Part shown: piece by piece, positions 24,443 to 31,794 of the stretch | Position numbering within the stretch: position 1 is the stretch's first letter | How the letters are laid out: each line of letters opens with the position of its first letter | From: a virus | Reading direction: 5' to 3' (one strand) | Length of the DNA stretch: 47,247 nucleotides | IMG/VR virus record: IMGVR_UViG_3300003322_000883 | Coordinates: 1 to 47,247 of that record | Translations under genes and position numbers: made by a program | Notes under the pieces: generated by a model | The model's input: only the letters and a program-made list of their open reading frames with translations | Databases searched by the model: none | What the model was told of the DNA's origin: nothing

Positions 24443-24472
24443 GAGGTCCTCTGTTATCCGAACGACATTCCC

Positions 24473-24814
24473 ATGCCCGACAAGCTCTCCGTCTTCAAGC
24501 TGTTCATGCAAGCGGCCACCACCGAGGAGCAGAAGCTCCTCGCACACCGCGTGGGCACGAGTCACAGCTACCTCTACCACATTGCCGGCGGCTTCCGTGA
24601 GCCCCGGCCCGAGCTCGCTGCGGCGCTCGAGCGCGAGACCGCGGCCATGCACAAGGCCAGCAAGGGGCGCCTGCCCAAGGTGTACCGCACCGACCTCGTG
24701 AAGGCGTGCGCGCAGTGCTCCTTCGCGCAGAAGTGCCTGGGCGCCGCCGCGGTGCGCGCGGACTTCCCGGTGGTAACCGCCGCGGACGTGGCGGGCGAGG
24801 AGAGCGAGGGGTGA
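24473..24814 (+). CDS. Cro/YdaS-like small HTH regulator
   Basis: 113 aa: 'EEQKLLAHRVGTSHSYLYHIAGGFREPRPELAAALERET'. First gene of the rightward early operon. Confidence 0.5.
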   Translation: MPDKLSVFKLFMQAATTEEQKLLAHRVGTSHSYLYHIAGGFREPRPELAAALERETAAMHKASKGRLPKVYRTDLVKACAQCSFAQKCLGAAAVRADFPVVTAADVAGEESEG

Positions 24815-25992
24815 GCGCACGAGACCTCCCCCAGGTGCAGCTGCTGCAAGGTGACTGCCGTCAGGTGCTTGCGGCCCTGGCAGAGGGAAGCGTCGACGCC
24901 ATCGTCACCGACCCGCCGTACGAACTTGGGTTCATGGGCAAGGGCTGGGACAAATCGGGCGTCGCGAACGACCCTGAGACGTGGTGCCAGGCACTGCGCG
25001 TGCTCAAGCCCGGCGGCCACCTGCTCGCGTTCAGCGGCACGCGCACCTACCACCGCATGGTGTGCGCGATCGAGGACGCCGGGTTCGAGGTCCGCGATCA
25101 AATCGGCTGGGTCTACGGGAGTGGCTTTCCGAAGTCGCTCGACGTGAGCAAGGTGATCGACAAAGCCCTCGGCGCGGAGCGTGAGCAGGTAGCGCCGAAG
25201 AGCGTGATCGGTCACCAGCGGAACATCGGCAATCGTCGCCCCTACATGGACGACCCGAACCACACCACAGACAGCGACGAGCCGGCGAGCGAGCAGGCGG
25301 CGCAGTGGCAAGGCTGGGGCACCGCGCTCAAACCCGCATGGGAGCCCATCGTCGTCGCGCGCAAGCCGCTGATCGGCACCGTGGCGGCCAACGTGCTGGC
25401 CCACGGCACGGGCGCGCTGAACATCGACGGGTGCCGGGTGCCGGCCGAGAAGGCGACCGGCTGGGGCGGTGGTGGTAGTGCGCTCTACGAAGGCGGACTG
25501 TCACGTGAGGGTGGCGAAGCGCGACTACAAGACGCCGGCCGCTGGCCCGCCAACATCATTCACGATGGTAGCGACGAGGTGCTGGCGGCTTTCCCGCAGG
25601 CGCCGGGCCAACTGGCCAAGGCGAGCACCAGCGACACGCAGCGCGGCGGCCAGAACGTCTACGGCGTGATGGCCAGGGGGTCGAACGGTGCCGAGCCGCG
25701 CGGCGACACCGGCAGCGCCGCCCGCTTCTTCTACTGCGCCAAGGCCAGCAAGAAAGACCGCGGCGAGGGCAACAACCACCCCACGGTGAAGCCCACCGAG
25801 CTCATGCGCTACCTGTGCCGCCTGGTCACGCCGCCCGGCGGCCTGATCCTCGACCCGTTCATGGGCTCGGGCAGCACCGGCCGCGCCGCTGTGCTCGAAG
25901 GCTTCCGGGTCATCGGCTGCGAGCAGTCGCCCGAGTACCTGGCGCTTGCGGAGGCACGCATCAACTCGGCCCTCTTCGGCGACCTCGCATGA
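24811..25992 (+). CDS. DNA methyltransferase (N6A/N4C, beta-class, DPPY)
   Basis: GTG 24811 overlaps the Cro-like stop. 'AIVTDPPY' (motif IV) precedes 'HPTVKP' and 'ILDPFMGSGSTG' (motif I). Confidence 0.85.
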   Translation: MSARDLPQVQLLQGDCRQVLAALAEGSVDAIVTDPPYELGFMGKGWDKSGVANDPETWCQALRVLKPGGHLLAFSGTRTYHRMVCAIEDAGFEVRDQIGWVYGSGFPKSLDVSKVIDKALGAEREQVAPKSVIGHQRNIGNRRPYMDDPNHTTDSDEPASEQAAQWQGWGTALKPAWEPIVVARKPLIGTVAANVLAHGTGALNIDGCRVPAEKATGWGGGGSALYEGGLSREGGEARLQDAGRWPANIIHDGSDEVLAAFPQAPGQLAKASTSDTQRGGQNVYGVMARGSNGAEPRGDTGSAARFFYCAKASKKDRGEGNNHPTVKPTELMRYLCRLVTPPGGLILDPFMGSGSTGRAAVLEGFRVIGCEQSPEYLALAEARINSALFGDLA

Positions 25993-27974
25993 CAGCAGTG
26001 ACCGACATCACCCCCATCGCCCATATCACGTGCCCCAGCGCCCTGCGCGACCTGCCAGGGTGGGTCATCTGGCGCTTCGAGCCGAACGGGGACAAGAAAC
26101 CCCGAAAGGTGCCGTTCTACACGAACGGTGGCCGGCGCCACGGTGACCACGGCTCAAGGGAAGACCGGGCCCAGCTCACCACCTTCGACGCAGCGCGCGC
26201 CGCGGCCGCCCGGCGCAAGTTCGACGGCATCGGCCTGGCCCTGCTGCCCGAGTTCAACCTGGTGGCTCTCGACTTCGACGACTGCATCGCCCAGGGCCGC
26301 ATCCACCCCGAGGTCCTCGAGCTCCTCTCCGACACCTACGCCGAGCGGTCTCCGTCGGGCAACGGCATCCGCGCCTTCTTCCAGGGGCAGCTCGGCAACC
26401 GCAAGTCGCACAAGGCGAAGGGGTTCGAGTACGGCGTCGAAACCTTCAGCACCAACGGCTTCGTCACCTTCACCGGCCAGGTGCTCGACATCGTGGAGCT
26501 CATGGGCAACATCGACACGGTGGCGCCCATCAACACGGAGGTCACGGACCTCATGCGCCGGCGCTTCAAGCGCGAGCTGGAGGCCCAGGCGCAGGGCGTG
26601 CAGAACCTGGACGTGCTCGGCCTCACGAGCCACGACATCGGTCGCTGCCTCACGGCCTTGCCGCCCGACCTCGACTACGACACGTGGCTCATGGTCGGCA
26701 TGGCCATCCACCACGAGACCAGTGGCACGGGCTTCGACATGTGGGACACCTGGAGCCAGGCCTCGTCCAAGTACAGCACGCGTGAGTACAACCTCGAGCG
26801 CTGGAACAGCTTCGGCAAGTCCGCCTCAGGCCCGACCGTCACCGCACGGTCCCTGGTGCACCTGGCCAACGAACACGGCGCGGGCTTCCAGACCAACGGC
26901 CCGGCCAGTGCCGAGGAGTTCGACGAGGTGGCCCAGGAGGTCGCTCAGGCGCAGGAGGGCGCACCGGCCAAGCCCAACCGCTTCACGCCGCTCAGCCTGC
27001 TCGACTTCACCAGCCAGCCAGCGCCCGAGTGGATCATCAAGGGCGTGCTGCCGAAGGCGGCGCTGGTGGTGCTCTACGGCGAGTCGGGCAGCGGCAAGTC
27101 CTTCGTGGCGTTGGACATGGCCATGGCCATCGCCCGGGGCATCGCGTGGCGCGATCGTCGCGTGTGCCAGGGTAGGGTGGTCTACATTGCCGCCGAGGGC
27201 GCTGGGGGCTTTCGCAACCGCTGCGTGGCCTACCTCAACCAGCACTGCCCCGACGGGTTCGACATCCCGCTTGAGATCATCCCCGACGCGCCGAACCTCT
27301 TGATGAAGGACGAGGCGCTGCAGGTCGCCCGCGGCATCGGCAAGGCCGACGTGGTGGTGGTCGACACCTTCGCCCAGGTGACCCCCGGCGGCAACGAGAA
27401 CGCGGGCGAGGACGTCGGCAAGGCGCTGGCCCACTGCAAGGGAATCCACCGTGCCACGGGCGCTGTGGTGCTGCTGGTGCACCACTCAGGCAAGGATGCC
27501 AGCAAGGGCGCGCGGGGCTGGTCAGGCCTGCGTGCAGCGGCCGATGCCGAGCTCGAGGTGTCCAAGAGCCCAGGCGGGCGGATGCTGCGCACCACCAAGC
27601 AGAAGGATGGAGCGGACGACCTCGCCTGGGGCTTCGGCCTGGACGAGGTGAGCATCGGCATGGACAGCGACGGCGAGGTCATGACCAGCATGGTGGTGGT
27701 CGAGAAGGAGCTGCCCACGGCCAGGGTGCTGAAGCCGATGGGGGCGGTTGAAACGCTGGTCAACGCCGTGATCCAGGAGATGGCCAAGGCGCAGACCTCG
27801 GGCATCGAGGTTGCGGCCATCGTCACCGAGGCGGTCAAGAAGCTGGACCCTCCCGAGGACGGTAAGCGAGACACCCGGAAGCAACGAGTGCGTCGGGCCA
27901 TCGAGACGCTTTGCAGTCCCTCTGACGACACGCCGTATTGGCTGCACGACGACGGGACCATCGAGATCATTTGA
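25989..27974 (+). CDS. Primase-polymerase (Prim-Pol) fused to PriCT and RecA/DnaB-like helicase domains
   Basis: ATGA overlap with the methyltransferase gene. Motifs: 'LVALDFDDC', 'SPSGNGIRAFF', 'YDTWLMVGMAIHHET...WDTWSQASSKY...RWNSF', Walker A 'GESGSGKS', Walker B 'VVVVDTF'. Confidence 0.85.
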   Translation: MTAVTDITPIAHITCPSALRDLPGWVIWRFEPNGDKKPRKVPFYTNGGRRHGDHGSREDRAQLTTFDAARAAAARRKFDGIGLALLPEFNLVALDFDDCIAQGRIHPEVLELLSDTYAERSPSGNGIRAFFQGQLGNRKSHKAKGFEYGVETFSTNGFVTFTGQVLDIVELMGNIDTVAPINTEVTDLMRRRFKRELEAQAQGVQNLDVLGLTSHDIGRCLTALPPDLDYDTWLMVGMAIHHETSGTGFDMWDTWSQASSKYSTREYNLERWNSFGKSASGPTVTARSLVHLANEHGAGFQTNGPASAEEFDEVAQEVAQAQEGAPAKPNRFTPLSLLDFTSQPAPEWIIKGVLPKAALVVLYGESGSGKSFVALDMAMAIARGIAWRDRRVCQGRVVYIAAEGAGGFRNRCVAYLNQHCPDGFDIPLEIIPDAPNLLMKDEALQVARGIGKADVVVVDTFAQVTPGGNENAGEDVGKALAHCKGIHRATGAVVLLVHHSGKDASKGARGWSGLRAAADAELEVSKSPGGRMLRTTKQKDGADDLAWGFGLDEVSIGMDSDGEVMTSMVVVEKELPTARVLKPMGAVETLVNAVIQEMAKAQTSGIEVAAIVTEAVKKLDPPEDGKRDTRKQRVRRAIETLCSPSDDTPYWLHDDGTIEII

Positions 27975-27985
27975 AGGATGAAGGC

Positions 27986-28564
27986 ATGGAACGCATAACC
28001 GTAGAAACGCACCGGCCCAGTCGTCAGCGCCTGGCCGGCGTGTATGGGCTCGTTGACCCCAATGAGCCGGAGCGCGTGCGCTACGTTGGGTCGTCGCAGC
28101 ATCTGGTGAAACGTCTGTACGACCACGCTTCGGGCTACGTCCCAAGGGCGCTGGACGGCCCGAAGCGCGCGTGGCTGGCGGAGCTGAAGCGTGCCGGGCG
28201 CCGGCCGGAGATGGTCGTGCTGCAGCGCTTGGCTAGCGGAAAGGCCACCCCGGAAACTCACGCCGCGGAGCGGGAGTGGATCAGGAAGCTCAACGCGATC
28301 GGGCAGGCTGATTTGAATGCGGTGCTTCGATCCGAACGCTATGAAGTGCTTTTGTTGCGTGAGCAAGTAAAAAACTGCATGCAAGAAATTGCGCGCTTAG
28401 AAGCTGAACTGGCTGCAACGCGCAACGACTGTGCAACGTTGCATCAAAAGTTGCGTTGCGCAGCTCCTCAACCTGCAACGCAACGCAACGGGGGTATAGA
28501 ACCCGTTGCGCGTGTTGCAGGGGAGCGGGGGTCATCGGGCGTCAATCTGCAAGATTTCGCATGA
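27986..28564 (+). CDS. GIY-YIG nuclease (homing-endonuclease-like)
   Basis: ATG 27986 follows AAGGATGAAGG. Motif: 'GVYGLVDPNEPERVRYVGSSQHLVKRLYDH'. GC3 is markedly lower than in the backbone. Whether the C-terminal 50 aa are really coding is uncertain, because they overlap the repeat array. Confidence 0.65.
   Translation: MERITVETHRPSRQRLAGVYGLVDPNEPERVRYVGSSQHLVKRLYDHASGYVPRALDGPKRAWLAELKRAGRRPEMVVLQRLASGKATPETHAAEREWIRKLNAIGQADLNAVLRSERYEVLLLREQVKNCMQEIARLEAELAATRNDCATLHQKLRCAAPQPATQRNGGIEPVARVAGERGSSGVNLQDFA
28414..28520. repeat. Dense GCAACG/CGTTGC direct and inverted repeat array with three nested hairpins
   Basis: GCAACG at 28415, 28422, 28433, 28475, 28480 and 28485. CGTTGC/GTTGC at 28437, 28450-28460, 28504 and 28514. 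Palindrome TGCAACGTTGCA at 28432-28443. Hairpins: GTTGCGTTGCGCAG/CTGCAACGCAACGCAAC and CAACGGG/CCCGTTG. Confidence 0.8.
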
Positions 28565-28577
28565 AAGGGCCTTCGGC

Positions 28578-28913
28578 ATGGTGAGCATGAACCAACGCAA
28601 GCGCCTGGTCGCCGTCAACGCGAAGGGCTACCGCCTGGGCGAAGACCACCACCGCGCCAAGCTGACCAACCACGACATCGACCTGATCCTGGACCTGATG
28701 GAGGCACGGGACCTGCTGCTGGTCGAGTACCAGAAGGTGGGCCTGGGCAAGCACGCGATCCAGATGGCCCTGAGCAAGGCCCAGCTGAGCGAGCGCTGGA
28801 TCGCCGCCAAGTTCGAGATCAGTCGTCGCACGGTGCGCGACATCTACAGCGGCAAGATTCGCGGCCAGGCCGCCGACGACTGGCGGGCGGATAAGCGCCG
28901 ACAGCCCCTTTAG
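28578..28913 (+). CDS. Small HTH DNA-binding protein (same 'KLT..D...I' + HTH architecture as the C-terminus of the 15822..16340 HNH); candidate late regulator
   Basis: ATG 28578. Motifs: 'GEDHHRAKLTNHDIDLILDL' and 'LSERWIAAKFEISRRTVRDIYSGK'. It is the last early-right gene, directly before terS. Confidence 0.55.
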   Translation: MVSMNQRKRLVAVNAKGYRLGEDHHRAKLTNHDIDLILDLMEARDLLLVEYQKVGLGKHAIQMALSKAQLSERWIAAKFEISRRTVRDIYSGKIRGQAADDWRADKRRQPL

Positions 28914-28916
28914 CAT
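28885..28916 (+). promoter_or_regulatory. Late-promoter-like element 2 (GGGCGGATAAG-N15-TAGCAT)
   Basis: The 11-mer lies at 28885-28895 and TAGCAT at 28911-28916, which is 7 nt before the terS ATG at 28923. Confidence 0.5.
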
Positions 28917-28922
28917 TTGGTC

Positions 28923-29531
28923 ATGGCGAACCATCACTTCCCCTGGCACGAGGCTTTCCTGGCGGCGCTGCGCAGCATGCCGGTGGTGCAGCACGCCTGC
29001 GACGCCGTGGGCATCCAACGCAGCACCGCCTACCGGGCGCGCGAGGCCGACGAGGCGTTCGCCCAGGCCTGGGATGACGCCATGGAGGCGGGCATCGACC
29101 GTGCCGAGCAGGAAGCCCTTCGCCGTGGCATGGTGGGCTTCGAGGAGCCTGTGGTGTACCAGGGCCAGCTCACGCCTGTGTGGAAGCGCGACGATGAGGG
29201 CAACGTGGTGATGCGCAAACGCGAGCGCACGGTGCACGACCCGGTGAAGGGCGAGCAGACGTTCACCGAGCAGGTGCCTGTGCAGCAGACCGATGAGCAG
29301 GGCCGACCGGTGTGGCTCACCGTGCGCAAGCACAGCGACGCGCTGCTGGCGCTGGTCCTCAAGGCCCGGCGCAAGGCCTACAGCACCGAGCGCACCGAGC
29401 ACGTCAGCCCCGACGGCAGCATGAGCCCGCTGGCCAACGAGACCGACCGCAGCGCTCGAGCTGCGCAGCTGTTGGCTGCAGCGCGTGAGCGCCGCGAGGC
29501 CCAGGGCGACGACTTCTCCGACTTGGCATGA
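28923..29531 (+). CDS. terS: Terminase small subunit
   Basis: N-terminal HTH 'VVQHACDAVGIQRSTAYRAREADEAF' and 'SDALLALVLKARR'. ATGA overlap with terL. Confidence 0.7.
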   Translation: MANHHFPWHEAFLAALRSMPVVQHACDAVGIQRSTAYRAREADEAFAQAWDDAMEAGIDRAEQEALRRGMVGFEEPVVYQGQLTPVWKRDDEGNVVMRKRERTVHDPVKGEQTFTEQVPVQQTDEQGRPVWLTVRKHSDALLALVLKARRKAYSTERTEHVSPDGSMSPLANETDRSARAAQLLAAARERREAQGDDFSDLA

Positions 29532-31192
29532 CCCCCAAGGAGATCGCCGAGCTCCTGCCCTACATGACCGAGGAGGAGCGCAAGGAGTTCGACGCGCTCA
29601 TCGCTCGCGACATCACCGACGTGCCCTGGCGTGCACTGCCTGGGCCGCAGCTGATGGCCTACGAGAGCGAGGCCGACATCGTGGGCTACGGTGGCGCGGC
29701 CGGGGGCGGCAAGACGGACCTGATCGCAGGCCTGTGCCTCACCAAGCACGAGCGCGCGCTCGTCGTGCGTCGCGAGAAGGCGCAGACCGAGGGCGTGATC
29801 CAGCGCCTGGGCGAAATCCTTGGTGACACCGACGGCTTCAACTCGCAGAAGAGCATCTGGCGCATCCCCGGCGGCGCGCTCACCGAGTTCGCCGGCCTGG
29901 ACAACCCCGGCGACGAGCGCCGGTGGCAGGGCCGCCCGCACGACCTCAAGGCGTTCGACGAGGTGACCGAGCAGCGCGAGCACCAGGTGCGCTTCGTGAT
30001 GGGCTGGAACCGCTCGAACAAGGCGCACCTCAAGGGCAAGGTGCTCATGACGTTCAACCCGCCGACCACGAGCGAGGGGCGATGGGTGATCGACTTCTTC
30101 GGGCCGTGGATCGACAAGAAGCATGCGCTCTACCCCACGCCGCCGGGCACGCTGCGCTGGTGCGCGATGCTGCCCACCGAGAACGGCACGAGCCGCGACG
30201 TGTGGGTGGAGGATGGGCGCAAGTTCGTGCTGAAGGACGGCAAGCCCTGCTACGAGTTCGACCCCGCCGACTACGGTGACGAGGACATCATCCAGCCCAA
30301 GTCGCGCACCTTCATCCCCGCGCGCTTGACCGACAACCCCTACTACATGGCGAGCGGGTACATGAGCACTCTGCAGGCACTCCCTGAGCCTCTGCGGTCG
30401 CAGATGCTGTACGGCGACTTCCAGGCGGGCATCGGCGACGACCCCTGGCAGGTGATCCCCACCGCATGGGTCGAGGCTGCGCAAGCCCGCTGGAAACCGC
30501 GCTCGCCACGCGGCGAGATGCTCGCCATGGGCTGCGACGTGGCGCGCGGGGGCAAGGACAACACGACCATCGCCACACGCCACAAGACCGAGACCACCGA
30601 CAAGTGGTTCGACAAGCTCGAGGCCGGCAAGACCTTCCTGCAAGGCACCGAGACACCGGACGGGCCGAAGGTGGCGGGCTACATCGTCGCTGCGCGGCGC
30701 GACGACGCGCCGGTGCTCATCGACGTGATCGGCGTGGGCGCGTCACCCTACGACGTGCTCAACGGCCTGGGCGTGCAGGTGCTGGGCATCAACGTGGCCG
30801 AGAAGGCGCAGGGCCTGGACAAGTCGGGCCGGCTGCACTTCTTCAACCTGCGCAGCGAGCTCTGGTGGCGCATGCGCGAGACGCTCGACCCAGCGAACGA
30901 CACCGGTGTCGCGCTGCCACCGGACCCCGAGCTCACCAAGGAGCTGTGCATGCCGAAGTGGGAACTGTCGGGCATGACGGTGAAGGTCGAGAGCCGCGAG
31001 GACATCGTGAAGCGCCTGGGCCGATCGCCTGACCGCGCGACGGCCTACGTGCTGGCCAACATCAGCGTGCCCAAGCTGAAGGCGCTGCAGGCCGCGCACT
31101 CCCGCATGGAGGTCGTGAACTACGACCCCATGGCGCACGCACGCCAGGACTACGGCTCCTCGCTCGACTACGACCCGATGGGCCGCCTGTGA
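29528..31192 (+). CDS. terL: Terminase large subunit
   Basis: 'GYGGAAGGGKTD' (Walker A), 'LKAFDEVTEQ' (Walker B), C-terminal nuclease 'AMGCDVARGGKDNT'. Confidence 0.9.
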   Translation: MTPKEIAELLPYMTEEERKEFDALIARDITDVPWRALPGPQLMAYESEADIVGYGGAAGGGKTDLIAGLCLTKHERALVVRREKAQTEGVIQRLGEILGDTDGFNSQKSIWRIPGGALTEFAGLDNPGDERRWQGRPHDLKAFDEVTEQREHQVRFVMGWNRSNKAHLKGKVLMTFNPPTTSEGRWVIDFFGPWIDKKHALYPTPPGTLRWCAMLPTENGTSRDVWVEDGRKFVLKDGKPCYEFDPADYGDEDIIQPKSRTFIPARLTDNPYYMASGYMSTLQALPEPLRSQMLYGDFQAGIGDDPWQVIPTAWVEAAQARWKPRSPRGEMLAMGCDVARGGKDNTTIATRHKTETTDKWFDKLEAGKTFLQGTETPDGPKVAGYIVAARRDDAPVLIDVIGVGASPYDVLNGLGVQVLGINVAEKAQGLDKSGRLHFFNLRSELWWRMRETLDPANDTGVALPPDPELTKELCMPKWELSGMTVKVESREDIVKRLGRSPDRATAYVLANISVPKLKALQAAHSRMEVVNYDPMAHARQDYGSSLDYDPMGRL

Positions 31193-31196
31193 GGGC

Positions 31197-31228
31197 GGGC
31201 GGATAAGCCGGAGTCGGCCTTTTAGCCT
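31197..31228 (+). promoter_or_regulatory. Late-promoter-like element 3 (GGGCGGATAAG-N15-TAGCCT)
   Basis: The 11-mer lies at 31197-31207 and TAGCCT at 31223-31228, with AGGAG plus GTG 31267 downstream. Confidence 0.5.
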
Positions 31229-31266
31229 TTGCTCTGCGCGTCAGTATCGGCGCGAGGAGCGACACA

Positions 31267-31458
31267 GTGTGCCTCAGCAAGCCCAACATCCCCGACCCGG
31301 TTGTGCCCCCGCCTGTGCAGGCGAGCAAGACCCCCGAGCTCAACAGCTTCAGCCGCGACCGCAAGCGCGTAACGAACGGCAGCACGTTGCTCACGAGCTC
31401 GACCGGCGTGGGCACCGGCTCGACGAACACCGGTTCCACGACGCTGCTGGGAGGCTGA
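31267..31458 (+). CDS. Small Pro-rich virion-protein candidate, T7 gp6.7-like (MC... N-terminus, ...TLLGG C-terminus)
   Basis: AGGAG lies 7 nt before GTG 31267. 'MCLSKPNIPDPVVPPP...STTLLGG' recalls the T7 gp6.7 N-terminus 'MCFSPK' (recollection). It lies upstream of the portal gene and is a paralog of the C-terminal half of 31795..32142. Confidence 0.5.
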   Translation: MCLSKPNIPDPVVPPPVQASKTPELNSFSRDRKRVTNGSTLLTSSTGVGTGSTNTGSTTLLGG

Positions 31459-31459
31459 C

Positions 31460-31792
31460 ATGGTGAACCTCAAGTCGGACCCCAAGCCCAGCAAGGAAAG
31501 CACGCTGTGCGCACCGTGCTACGAGGAGCCGGCCTACCCCTACGGCCTGCAGATCACCCTTTGCGACGAGACGCTGCGCAAGCTGTCGATGACCGACCTG
31601 CCGAAGGTGGGCACCGTCATCACCTTCACCGCGCAGGCCACCGTGACGTCGATCAGCTCCTACGAGACCGCCGACATGAACGAGCCGGGTGAGGCGGGTG
31701 AACACCAGGAGCGCACCGTCGCCCTGCAGATCACCGACATGGACATGGCGAAGCCGAGCGCCAGCGCGGCCGATCGCATGTACGGGAGCTGA
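31460..31792 (+). CDS. Hypothetical head-module protein (110 aa)
   Basis: ATG 31460 follows GGGAGG. 'PYGLQITLCDETLRKLSMTDLPKVGTVITFTAQATV'. High GC3. Confidence 0.6.
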   Translation: MVNLKSDPKPSKESTLCAPCYEEPAYPYGLQITLCDETLRKLSMTDLPKVGTVITFTAQATVTSISSYETADMNEPGEAGEHQERTVALQITDMDMAKPSASAADRMYGS

Positions 31793-31794
31793 CC

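Noticed and set aside
24706-24810. N-terminal extensions of track ORFs (24706 MTase, 25815 primase, 8709 endolysin, 44470, 37035, 36877, 33969, 10760 int, 10978 xis, 11496, 12323, 21871, 22855)
   Set aside because: The extensions overlap the preceding gene in another frame, are Arg/Pro/Gly-rich, and are superseded by internal starts with SD sequences or ATGA/GTGA coupling.
31207-31458. Pro-rich 'MC...' proteins as Rz1-like o-spanin lipoproteins
   Set aside because: Cys is residue 2 and no signal peptide or lipobox precedes it. The frame upstream of GTG 31267 has no ATG/GTG/TTG and hits an in-frame TAA at 31204. The genes sit in the head module, not the lysis cassette.
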